DNA of 64,000 nucleotides from Pelagibacterales bacterium MED-G40 (GCA_002457515.1 NTJN01000005.1:403-64402), one strand, 5' to 3'; counted from the first letter of the stretch, positions 30,400 to 39,398 are shown. Notes: a model not told the origin generated them from the letters alone. Program-made: numbers and translations.

Positions 30400-30426
30400 T
30401 TTCCGATAACCATTAATTATCGGAAA
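30400..30426. repeat. Perfect inverted repeat TTTCCGATAA-CCATTAA-TTATCGGAAA; candidate recombinase crossover/operator (dif/lox-like) site
   Basis: 10-bp perfect arms at 30400-30409 and 30417-30426, asymmetric 7-bp spacer, 5 nt upstream of the recombinase ATG. Confidence 0.8.
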
Positions 30427-30453
30427 TATATAATATCTTAAAATCTTTGTCAA
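30425..30453 (-). promoter_or_regulatory. Putative sigma70 promoter of the recombinase, overlapping the inverted repeat
   Basis: Minus strand TTGACA (30453-30448)-N17-TATATT (30430-30425); predicted start site falls inside the repeat. Confidence 0.72.
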
Positions 30454-30499
30454 CCATCAATTGAACTTACATAAAAAAAATATTATTAAATAATAAATT

Positions 30500-30904
30500 A
30501 TGTTTTTTGAAAATCGTAAAAGAGTAATTATGGACAGAGGTCCTAGTTGGCCAGATTATTACAAAGCTGAACCATTCATGATTAGATACTATCCTCTATT
30601 TAGGAAAAGACCTAAATGGTTTCCTTTTAATATCTTCATTCATAAGATACTTAAAGATGATTTGGGTGATCTACACGATCATTATTGGTCATATATTACT
30701 TTAATTTTAAAGGGAGGCTATAAAGAAACCACTAATAAAGGGACTTTTAATAGGGGTCCTGGATATATTGGATTTAGAAGATCTTGGCATAGACATAGTT
30801 TGAAGCTACATAATCGAAAACCCGCATGGACATTGATCTTTGTAGGGCCTAATAAAGGATCTAAAAGTCAAGCTAAATATAAAGAAAATACCTTTAAAAA
30901 GTAG
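30500..30904 (+). CDS. Hypothetical cupin-like protein of phage type
   Basis: FNIFIHK..DD...LHDHYWSY.TLILKGGY.E...H.L....WTL.FVGP His-rich cupin-like pattern, recalled from marine phage proteins. Confidence 0.6.
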   Translation: MFFENRKRVIMDRGPSWPDYYKAEPFMIRYYPLFRKRPKWFPFNIFIHKILKDDLGDLHDHYWSYITLILKGGYKETTNKGTFNRGPGYIGFRRSWHRHSLKLHNRKPAWTLIFVGPNKGSKSQAKYKENTFKK

Positions 30905-31275
30905 CCAATAACAATCATTCTAGCTCATTTTAAGTATTTTTAGATATAATTAATTAATTCACCCTTTAGTTGCATTACGTATTGAGCAATCAAAGAAAAT
31001 AGCACGTTTACGGCCGTTTAAATGGTATATTCTCAAACTGCAATGGTTAATTTATATTTAGGTATCAGCTTTTAGTTATTGTCCAAAAAACTCAATAAAC
31101 TAGCTATTTTTCATCAATAGTTTTAGGCTCTTTTAAGATGACCTTCTTAAATACTTATTTGACTATTTTAATTTAATTATATTTTAGAATATTAATAATT
31201 AGTAAATTATCTAATAAAAACAGATATATATAATTAATATTAAAAGTAATTTATTGATAAAAACTGAGGCTCTTA

Positions 31276-31560
31276 ATGTTAAAAGGAACAAAATTTCAAT
31301 TAAAAGTATGGAGACAAATAAAGAAAATACAAAAAGGGAAGATTAAAACATATTTGCAGATAGCAAAAGCTATAAAGAAGCCAAAAGCAGCTCGTGCGGT
31401 GGCCAATGCGTGTGGAAAGAACCCCTATCCTATTAGAATTCCATGCCACAGGGTCATTCGTTCTGATGGGCTTCTTGGGGGTTACTCAAGTAAAGGCGGT
31501 AAGCGCAAAAAAATAGAATTATTAAAAAAAGAAAAAGTTAAACTAAAACTTTTTAACTAA
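31276..31560 (+). CDS. ogt: Minimal O6-alkylguanine DNA alkyltransferase (C-terminal domain only)
   Basis: TYLQIA, ARAVANA, IPCHRV active-site Cys, GGY. Confidence 0.88.
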   Translation: MLKGTKFQLKVWRQIKKIQKGKIKTYLQIAKAIKKPKAARAVANACGKNPYPIRIPCHRVIRSDGLLGGYSSKGGKRKKIELLKKEKVKLKLFN

Positions 31561-32452
31561 AATATTTCAAGGCTAAATAAACTACAATTGGGACTGTGAT
31601 AAATGACATTATTGTAGAAACTACAATCATGCTTGCTATGTTATCAACTATCTTTTTTGGTGAGTAAATTGATCCAACCAGATAATTTAAAACAGCACTA
31701 GGCATAGCGCACTGTATTAAAAAGACCCCTGCCGCATAACCACTCAAATTTAAATATTTGATCAAATAAAAACCAATAATTGGACCGATTAAAACTCTTG
31801 CAAAAGATGAAATTAGCGCATGATTAAAAGAAAAAACTTTTAATCTAGTAAGTGCAATTCCTAAGGACATTAAAATTAAAAAGATAGTGGCATATGTTAA
31901 TAGTTCGGTTGTATTGATTACAAAATTTGGGACAGGTAAATTGAAATAAATAAATACTACGGATATAAGTATAGCATAAAAAGGAGGGCTTTTGACTATT
32001 ACACTTAAATTAAATTTTTTACTTGCTAAAAATACTCCTAGTGTAAAATGAAATAAAATTATTATAGATGATATAGCTCCAGCTACTCCAAGACCTTGAG
32101 AGCCATATGCGAATAGACATATTGGTAAACCCATATTACCAGTATTTGGTAAAATAAAAGGAGGCAATTCCATAATGATATCTTTTTTTAATGCGAAAAG
32201 AAAAAAAACTCCAATTATAGAAAAGCACAAGATCGCTAAGAAATAATATATAAAATATGATTTGAACAAATCAAAAGTTAATCCAGTTGTCGCCACTGAA
32301 TAAAAAATTATTGCGGGAGAACCTATGTTAGCACCAAAATTTGTTATAAAGGTTGTGTCAAGTTTCGGGTTTTTTCTTCCAAGATAGTATCCAATACCAA
32401 CTACAAAAAAAACAGGGAATACAACCTCAACAAGCTTAAGATATAAATCCAT
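31553..32452 (-). CDS. AEC (auxin efflux carrier/malate permease) family transporter
   Basis: About 10 TM segments; PNTGNMGLP and AMPSAV motifs. Confidence 0.87.
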   Translation of the reverse strand: MDLYLKLVEVVFPVFFVVGIGYYLGRKNPKLDTTFITNFGANIGSPAIIFYSVATTGLTFDLFKSYFIYYFLAILCFSIIGVFFLFALKKDIIMELPPFILPNTGNMGLPICLFAYGSQGLGVAGAISSIIILFHFTLGVFLASKKFNLSVIVKSPPFYAILISVVFIYFNLPVPNFVINTTELLTYATIFLILMSLGIALTRLKVFSFNHALISSFARVLIGPIIGFYLIKYLNLSGYAAGVFLIQCAMPSAVLNYLVGSIYSPKKIVDNIASMIVVSTIMSFITVPIVVYLALKYFS

Positions 32453-33450
32453 TATATTCTTGCTTTATATTCTCTCTTTGTAGTTTTGTTAAAATTAATA
32501 GCTTTTTCGAATTCCATCAAACGTTTGTAAATAGACCTTAATTCAGTAATTCTTGTCCAATTTTGTAAAAAGAGTGAGAAGCTACTTTGAACTTCTCTAA
32601 AAGCACTAGATGTTTGAATTAAAACTCCCAATGTCATAGCTCCCGTGAATAAACCTGGTCCCATTAACAGATATGGAACTATAATCATTGACTGATTATA
32701 CATAATTAACCATAGATCAAAATATCCATAATGTAAAAAAAGTCTGTGATAATTAAATTTGATACCAGTAAATAATTGAAGAATTGTTGGGGCTTTTACA
32801 TAGTTCCTTCTATCATCCTCTCCATAAACCAATTCCTTTCTAAATGCGGCCTCAACTTTTTGGTTATTATATTCCAATCCAGGTAATTTAATTCCAACTA
32901 ACCAGCTGACAATTAGTCCACCTAAACTTGCTGTCAAAGATACCCATACTAAAGATCCAGTAATATCTTTAAAAAAAGGAATAACAACATTAGTAGATAA
33001 ACCATAAAGGATAGGTATAAAAGCAATCAATAACATTATTGCTCTTATTACCTGCAAGCCTATACTCTCAACAATTTTAGCAAAATTCATGCAATCTTCT
33101 TGTATTCTTTGAGATGCGCCTTCAACTTTAGCGTCTACATTTCTCCAATATGGCATGTATGAGAAAGTCATTGCTTCCCTCCATCTGAAAGCCCACAACC
33201 TGGTAAAATAATTTGTAATTGTGTAAATTATTACATAGGGAATAGCTAATTTCATAAATAATATAATGCCATCGTAAAATTCTGACAATTCTCTTTCTGG
33301 GGCTTTTTGGAGTAAATCGTAAAAATCCTTATACCATTCATTAATTTTAACATCTATCCATGTTTGCGATAGAAGAGATAAAATTATAAATAAAAATCCT
33401 CCCCAGGACCAAAGAATCCATTTTCTGTCTGTAAAAAAACTACGCCACAT
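32452..33450 (-). CDS. SbmA/BacA-like peptide transporter
   Basis: INEWY..FYDL, FRWR.AM, EGASQRIQED, LPGLEYNNQKVEAAFRKELVYGED. Confidence 0.9.
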   Translation of the reverse strand: MWRSFFTDRKWILWSWGGFLFIILSLLSQTWIDVKINEWYKDFYDLLQKAPERELSEFYDGIILFMKLAIPYVIIYTITNYFTRLWAFRWREAMTFSYMPYWRNVDAKVEGASQRIQEDCMNFAKIVESIGLQVIRAIMLLIAFIPILYGLSTNVVIPFFKDITGSLVWVSLTASLGGLIVSWLVGIKLPGLEYNNQKVEAAFRKELVYGEDDRRNYVKAPTILQLFTGIKFNYHRLFLHYGYFDLWLIMYNQSMIIVPYLLMGPGLFTGAMTLGVLIQTSSAFREVQSSFSLFLQNWTRITELRSIYKRLMEFEKAINFNKTTKREYKARI

Positions 33451-33452
33451 AA

Positions 33453-33737
33453 TTAATTTTTAGTAAAGTTATCTGCATATGATTTAATCACAAATTCTCT
33501 TTTTTTTGGTTCAATAACTTTGAAATCAATATTATTTAACTTTGCATATTCTACAGCCTTTTCTTTTGATGAAAATTCTAAAATAACTTCACTCATTGTG
33601 TCATCAGACGTCTCCCACCCCATTAAAGGGTTAGTTGCGGAATCTCTTGTATAAAATTCTAATATCCAGTTCTTAGTTTTTCCTCTGCCCGATTGCATAG
33701 CTGTTTTAGTAGGTATATATATTTTTGCTTTTTTCAT
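33453..33737 (-). CDS. ETC complex I subunit (NDUFS4-like)
   Basis: KTAMQSG, NPLMGW, KSYADNF. Confidence 0.9.
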   Translation of the reverse strand: MKKAKIYIPTKTAMQSGRGKTKNWILEFYTRDSATNPLMGWETSDDTMSEVILEFSSKEKAVEYAKLNNIDFKVIEPKKREFVIKSYADNFTKN

Positions 33738-33808
33738 GACATTAATTACTCAGTATTAATATTTTTATAACATATTTGTAAATAAAAGGATTTGGTAATT
33801 TTATCATA

Positions 33809-34684
33809 TCACTTAGTAATATTTAAATATGAATAGCTTATTTTGCATTTAATAAGGTCAAACCAATACTTTATACTTTTTGTATTAGGTTCGCTTAATG
33901 GTCCATCGAACTCTTTACATGAAATTATGCCATTTACAAATTTACCACCATTGAGATAGTATTTTACAAAAAAAGATGGTGTTATACCCCATTTTTTTAA
34001 AAATGTTTTTGAGCCTTTATTTCTAGTTAAATTTTTTTTCTTTCTTAAAACCAATGATCCAAAATGATATACTTTAAAATCACCTAATCCTTTAAAAACT
34101 CTTACACCTGATTTCCAAAGCTTCATATTTAAATCTGGGTCAGAACCAATCCCGGGATTAAATTCTTCACTAAACCCGCCTACTTTATTCCAATACTCTT
34201 TATGAATTAGATGTGGCGCCCAATGAGTGCCCTGATGATTAATAAATTTAATGTCTTGATATTCGTTTAATAATTTTTCTTCATCAAAATCTTCAAATGT
34301 ATTACCATAATCTAATTTGATATGTCCCCCGTTTTTTTCTATCATAGTTCCAGATATGTAATACGCATTACTCTCTTGACTTTTTATTTCTTTTTCCAAA
34401 ATCGTATCCCAATACGGACAGAAATACATATCATCATGACTATAAAGAATGTAGTTAGTACTAGCTTTTGAAGCAGCTAAATTGGTGCCAGTACACAATC
34501 CTGAATTATCTTTAGTATAAGTATATTTGAGATTATTTTCTTTAACATAACTTAAAGTTCCATCTGTCCCTTCATTAATATGTATTATAATTTCATGACT
34601 GTATTTTGAATTTTTTTTAATGCTGTTAATACAGATTTTAAGATAATCTAAATTATTAAAAGTAGGTATAATGATAGAAAACAT
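33809..34684 (-). CDS. Family 2 glycosyltransferase
   Basis: SIIIPTFN, GTDGT, HDD, VGGFSEEF, YHFGS; ATG 34684 coupled to the upstream stop. Confidence 0.9.
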   Translation of the reverse strand: MFSIIIPTFNNLDYLKICINSIKKNSKYSHEIIIHINEGTDGTLSYVKENNLKYTYTKDNSGLCTGTNLAASKASTNYILYSHDDMYFCPYWDTILEKEIKSQESNAYYISGTMIEKNGGHIKLDYGNTFEDFDEEKLLNEYQDIKFINHQGTHWAPHLIHKEYWNKVGGFSEEFNPGIGSDPDLNMKLWKSGVRVFKGLGDFKVYHFGSLVLRKKKNLTRNKGSKTFLKKWGITPSFFVKYYLNGGKFVNGIISCKEFDGPLSEPNTKSIKYWFDLIKCKISYSYLNITK

Positions 34685-36813
34685 TATTTTTCCCAAAAGA
34701 ATTTTTTCTTTATAGAAGTACCTAAAGACCTATTAATAATATAATCTGCTACTAAAGTTGAATTAAAATATTTTAAATATTTATCTTTGCCATTTTTTGC
34801 TATTTTTCTTCTCAGCCTATCATCTCGTGTGATTTTAAGAATTTTTTCTGATAAGTCGCTTACATTTTTGTAAAAAACCATTTCTTTATCATTAAAAAAG
34901 TCTTTGTATTGAGTTTTCTCATCAATCAATGTTACTAAACCATTACCAATGATTTGAGTCAGTCTATCACTGCTATAGTACTTAATTGGAGCGCCCCTAC
35001 TTAAATTTAAGCCCATCTTAGAATTTGAAATAGTTTTAAAATAGTGGTCGGCCCAAATCGGTTGGATTTGTTTTACTCCATATACATCAAACTTAACATC
35101 TTTGGTAATTTTCATTAGTTTGCTTATAAAAGAAGATCTTTCATCGTATTTGCCTGATTTCAAAACACCTCTATGAACTCCGTGGCTTAGAGCAAAAAAT
35201 ACATCCATATTACAATTTTTATTAAAATTACTTAAGGTTTCGAAAGAACTATCAGCAGGATTTGGTATAAAATAATTTTGAATTTTTTTTGGTAAAAAAC
35301 CTAAAACATCTGGACTGGTAGTTAAGAAATTTGCTTCAATAAATTCACTCTTATCAAGAATTCTTCTCTTATTTCTTTCAAAGTCTGGCCCCTGTTTATT
35401 TAAAGGATCAAGAAACCATTGAGATATTTTTAAATTTGGATAATCATCCTTGAGTTCACCAAGAGTTTGAGAAGATATTAAATCCGCATGTCCTAAAACT
35501 ATCAGATCTGGTTTGTAATTGTAGCAAGTAGCTTTAAGTTTTTCATTCAAACTTTTAGCACCAGTAATGTCTCTGTAGTTTTTGTAATATTTTTGAATAT
35601 CACGATCGCTAAATTCTAATATACTATGTCCCAGTCTTATAAAACCATTATTTAATCTTCTGCCAGTGTTAAAATATAATCTCCCATCGTGTCTTTCATT
35701 AAAATTTGTAACGTGTAATATTCTTAATTTTTTATTCTTGTTTTTTAAAAAGAAATACTTATCAGAATATAATTTTAAATCTCTAAATGAGTCAATTTTT
35801 TCACTTATAAATTTATGATTTAAATAGAAGTTTTTGTAGGAAAGTTTCTGTAAATTAAGCCTTAACTTTTTATTATTTATAAGTTTTTTAATTTCTTTAT
35901 AAAGATTTGAAGCTGTTAACTTGTTCAGAATAATACCATTTGTTATCGTTTCAGGAAGACCTCCCCTGTTACTGATTACAACAGCGCAACCATTAGATGC
36001 AGCCTCGAGACTTGTCCTACCAAATGGCTCCTCCCACCTGGAGCAGATAACAGCGATACTTGTTTTTTTATATACATCTATGACTTTACTATGACGTAAG
36101 AAACCATATTTAATTAAATTTTTATGCTCGAAATTAATTTTATCCCTTTGTTCATCGCCTATAACTAAACCCTTCCAATTCTTGTAATTGTTTAATATTT
36201 TGATGATTGCCTTACCAAAAATATCGTAACCTTTTGACCTATTTAACTTACCAACAAAAGTTATCCAATTTTTTTTATTCTTAAAATCAACAGTACTTTG
36301 TTTAGCAGATTGAAAAATTACCAGTAGTTTTTCACTACTAACAAATTTACTATGCATTCCTTGTAAAAATCTTTTTCGTGACCAATTACTATTAAAAACA
36401 ATTTTATGACAAATATTTAGCAAAGCCTTCCTATCTGCAATAGATTTTGATCCATTCATTGTAAGAGGGTCGTTATGAAAATAAAGAATATATGTCCTTT
36501 TATTTAAACTATCTTTTAAATAATGAAGATAGTTAGGTCTATTATGGATTTCTATCAAATCTGACTTATTAATTTTTTCCAATTTTGTAAATGCTTCTAC
36601 ATATTTTTTACTTTGACTTTGAAAAAGTGATTTTGAAAGTGGAATATTACAATATTTTAATTTAAAAATATCTTTGAAGTTGGTATGCCCAAAAATTGTT
36701 ATTTTTTTTTTATATTTACTAATTTTTGTTGTATCATTTACAAACAGCGATACTGCCCCTGGATAAGTTGGTGAAAAATTTTCTTTATATGGTAAAAGAA
36801 TTGATATTTTCAT
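34684..36813 (-). CDS. Tandem double glycosyltransferase (GT4-like + CgeB/GT-B-like)
   Basis: N-half FVGKL..SKG, EEPFGRTSLEA; C-half LGHAD, YSSDR, IAKNG. Confidence 0.85.
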   Translation of the reverse strand: MKISILLPYKENFSPTYPGAVSLFVNDTTKISKYKKKITIFGHTNFKDIFKLKYCNIPLSKSLFQSQSKKYVEAFTKLEKINKSDLIEIHNRPNYLHYLKDSLNKRTYILYFHNDPLTMNGSKSIADRKALLNICHKIVFNSNWSRKRFLQGMHSKFVSSEKLLVIFQSAKQSTVDFKNKKNWITFVGKLNRSKGYDIFGKAIIKILNNYKNWKGLVIGDEQRDKINFEHKNLIKYGFLRHSKVIDVYKKTSIAVICSRWEEPFGRTSLEAASNGCAVVISNRGGLPETITNGIILNKLTASNLYKEIKKLINNKKLRLNLQKLSYKNFYLNHKFISEKIDSFRDLKLYSDKYFFLKNKNKKLRILHVTNFNERHDGRLYFNTGRRLNNGFIRLGHSILEFSDRDIQKYYKNYRDITGAKSLNEKLKATCYNYKPDLIVLGHADLISSQTLGELKDDYPNLKISQWFLDPLNKQGPDFERNKRRILDKSEFIEANFLTTSPDVLGFLPKKIQNYFIPNPADSSFETLSNFNKNCNMDVFFALSHGVHRGVLKSGKYDERSSFISKLMKITKDVKFDVYGVKQIQPIWADHYFKTISNSKMGLNLSRGAPIKYYSSDRLTQIIGNGLVTLIDEKTQYKDFFNDKEMVFYKNVSDLSEKILKITRDDRLRRKIAKNGKDKYLKYFNSTLVADYIINRSLGTSIKKKFFWEK

Positions 36814-37058
36814 TTGTATTTGTTTTTAATTTTTTTTCTTAAAGCTTTATTTTTCTTTATATAATATTCTCTAGAAATTGCTTTATTTTTTGATAGCATT
36901 TTTTCCTTATAAATTAGCTTCCATTTTCTACCACGAGTAAACTTTGCTCCCTTTCCAATATTATGTAATCTGATTCTGTTTCTTAAATTATTAGTGTACC
37001 CAACATAAGTTACAGGATTGGCTCCTAATGATTTGAGCATATAAACATAAAAGCTCAT
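36810..37058 (-). CDS. Small GIY-YIG nuclease (YhbQ-like)
   Basis: YVYML..YVGYT, R.RLHN.GKGAKFT, SREY.IK. Confidence 0.88.
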   Translation of the reverse strand: MSFYVYMLKSLGANPVTYVGYTNNLRNRIRLHNIGKGAKFTRGRKWKLIYKEKMLSKNKAISREYYIKKNKALRKKIKNKYK

Positions 37059-37085
37059 TTTAATTGAGATTATTAATAACTATAA

Positions 37086-38528
37086 TTATCCTGAAAGACC
37101 AAGGTGTGTATACTTGATATTAAGATAATCTTTTATTCCTACTGAACCTCCTTCTCGACCATAACCAGTTTGCTTAATGCCTCCAAATGGCGTTTCAGCA
37201 GTCGCAACTACAGGCGTGTTTACAGCAACAACTCCTGTTTGAAGTTGCTCAGAAGCTTTGTAAGCTTTTTCCATAGAATTGGTACAAACGTATCCTGCTA
37301 AACCACAGTCATGTTTATTTGCTCTTGTAATTACTTCATCAAAATTTTTAAACGTTGTAATTGCTGTAATAGGGCCAAAAGGCTCTTCTGTCATAACTGT
37401 AAAGTTATCTTTAACATTATCAATTATAGTTGGCTCGAAAAAGTATCCTTTATTGAATCCAGCAGGTCTTTTACCGCCGTAAAGAATTTTTCCACCTTCT
37501 TTTTTAGTTTTTTCAACTAGATTTTCAATTTCATTCAATCTTTTTTTAGTAGTTATAGGACCCAAGTTAACACCTTCTTGTAGGCCGTTTCCAATTTTAA
37601 GTTTTTTTGTTTTTTCAATAAAATTTTTTGTGAATTCTTCTTTTTTACTCTCGTGAATGTAAAATCTACTCGGGGATATGCAAACTTGACCATTATTTCT
37701 GTACTTTGATGCAATGGCCATATCTGTTACTTTGTCAATATTTGAATCCTCAAAAACTATAAATGGTGCATGACCGCTTAGTTCCATTGTTACTCTTTGA
37801 ACTTTATCTGCGGCTTTTTTTAAAATTAATTTGCCAACTCTAGTAGATCCTGTAATTGAAACTTTTTTAATTATATCTGACATTATTAATTGATTTGATA
37901 TTTTTTCTGGATCTCCAGATAATAGGTTTACAACACCAGGAGGAATTCCGGCGTCGTTTACAATATTCATTAATTCCATAACTGAACCTGGAGTGATAAC
38001 GTCCGGCTTTACAATAACTGAGCAACCGGCTGCAAGAGCAGTTGAAATTTTTCTAGATGCTAAAATAATAGGAAAATTCCATGGGACTAACGCTGCAACA
38101 ACACCAATTGGTTGGTATATAACTTGTACTCTCGTATCTTCAAACCTGCTCTCAACAGTTTGACCGAAAATTCTTTTTGTTTCTTCTGAATTCCATTCAA
38201 AAATATCAGCTGCTCCTGTAACCTCACCAACGCCTTCTATAAGAGGTTTGCCAACTTCTATAGCAAGCCATTTAGCAAGATCGTTTTTTCTTTTACGAAT
38301 TAAATCAGCTATTTTTCTGATTTTAGCTGACCTTTCCCAGGCTGGAGTTTTTTTCCAAATTTCAAAACCTTTTTCTGCAGATTTTAATGCTTTGATAACA
38401 TCTTTTTCACTGGCTTTAGAAGCCTTACCAATAATTTCTTCTGTTGCAGGGTTTATAACATCATAAGTGTTATTATTTTCTGAGGGTTGCCATTTACCGT
38501 CTATAAATTGACCAAAATTTGAATACAT
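37086..38528 (-). CDS. NAD(P)-dependent semialdehyde dehydrogenase (GabD/alpha-KGSA dehydrogenase-like)
   Basis: PWNFP, TGST, MELSGHAP, NGQVC, EEPFGP, PFGGIK. Confidence 0.88.
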   Translation of the reverse strand: MYSNFGQFIDGKWQPSENNNTYDVINPATEEIIGKASKASEKDVIKALKSAEKGFEIWKKTPAWERSAKIRKIADLIRKRKNDLAKWLAIEVGKPLIEGVGEVTGAADIFEWNSEETKRIFGQTVESRFEDTRVQVIYQPIGVVAALVPWNFPIILASRKISTALAAGCSVIVKPDVITPGSVMELMNIVNDAGIPPGVVNLLSGDPEKISNQLIMSDIIKKVSITGSTRVGKLILKKAADKVQRVTMELSGHAPFIVFEDSNIDKVTDMAIASKYRNNGQVCISPSRFYIHESKKEEFTKNFIEKTKKLKIGNGLQEGVNLGPITTKKRLNEIENLVEKTKKEGGKILYGGKRPAGFNKGYFFEPTIIDNVKDNFTVMTEEPFGPITAITTFKNFDEVITRANKHDCGLAGYVCTNSMEKAYKASEQLQTGVVAVNTPVVATAETPFGGIKQTGYGREGGSVGIKDYLNIKYTHLGLSG

Positions 38529-38552
38529 TTTACTTAAACTATCCTATTACAT

Positions 38553-39398
38553 TTACTTGTGAGATACAACTTTATGAATTTGTTCACCAAGTTTATCAAT
38601 ACCAAGTTTTACTTTATCCCCCTCTTTAAGAAATATAGGCGGGCTCATGTTTTCCCCTACGCCCGGAGGTGTTCCCGTGCAACATATATCACCGGGCAGT
38701 AAACTCATACAATGACTCATGTATGAAACGAGTTTTTTTACATTAAAAATCATTTTTTCAGTATTACCAGTCTGCATTCGTTTTCCATTTAATTCTAAAA
38801 ACATATTTAATTTTTGGTAATCAGGTACTTCATCTTTGGTTAAAATGTAAGGACCTATAGGACCAAAAGTATCAAAACCTTTGCCTTTATCCCATGTAAG
38901 CCCTTTATTTTTTTGAAAATTTCTCTCACTAACATCGTTAACAAGAAAAAAACCAAGAATATGATCGAGTGCCTGATCTTCGTTAACATATAAAGCCTTT
39001 TTCCCAATTACAAATCCTAATTCAACTTCCCAGTCTGTGTGTTGAGAGTTTTTTGGAATTATAATTTCATCGTTTGGTCCAGTAATACAATTTGTGAATT
39101 TTGAAAATACTATAGGTTCTTTAGGTATTGGTAGATTTTGTTCTTCTGCATGATCTTTGAAATTTAATCCAATTCCAATAAATTTCGAAGGTTTTGAAAC
39201 ACACGCCCCAATTCTTCCTTCTGGATTTAATTTATTCAACTTGCTTAAATCAGTTTTCTTTATTTCACTTAAAGTATTAAAATTTAAAGTTTCTGGATTA
39301 AAATCTTTAATTATAGGTGATAGATCTAAATAATTATTGTCTTTATCAATTATAGCTGGTTTTTCTTTATTAAAGTCTCCAATCCTACATAATTTCAT
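38553..39398 (-). CDS. Fumarylacetoacetate hydrolase family protein
   Basis: GLNFKDH, DWEVEL, NDVSER, KGKGFDTF, TGTP; SD AAGGAG upstream. Confidence 0.9.
   Translation of the reverse strand: MKLCRIGDFNKEKPAIIDKDNNYLDLSPIIKDFNPETLNFNTLSEIKKTDLSKLNKLNPEGRIGACVSKPSKFIGIGLNFKDHAEEQNLPIPKEPIVFSKFTNCITGPNDEIIIPKNSQHTDWEVELGFVIGKKALYVNEDQALDHILGFFLVNDVSERNFQKNKGLTWDKGKGFDTFGPIGPYILTKDEVPDYQKLNMFLELNGKRMQTGNTEKMIFNVKKLVSYMSHCMSLLPGDICCTGTPPGVGENMSPPIFLKEGDKVKLGIDKLGEQIHKVVSHK

Noticed and set aside
30400-30426. Inverted repeat as a rho-independent terminator
   Set aside because: It lies at the 5' end of the recombinase between divergent genes and overlaps the promoter and start region, so there is no upstream gene to terminate; a protein-binding site fits better
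30905-31275. AT-rich gap as oriC
   Set aside because: No TTATCCACA-like boxes seen, and flanking genes converge rather than diverge
29400-31300. attR copy of the tRNA-Pro, Lys, Ser or Glu 3' end near the recombinase
   Set aside because: No matching direct repeat found by eye
36810-37058. GIY-YIG gene as a homing endonuclease or mobile element
   Set aside because: 82-aa stand-alone YhbQ-like form with no DNA-binding extension or intron context
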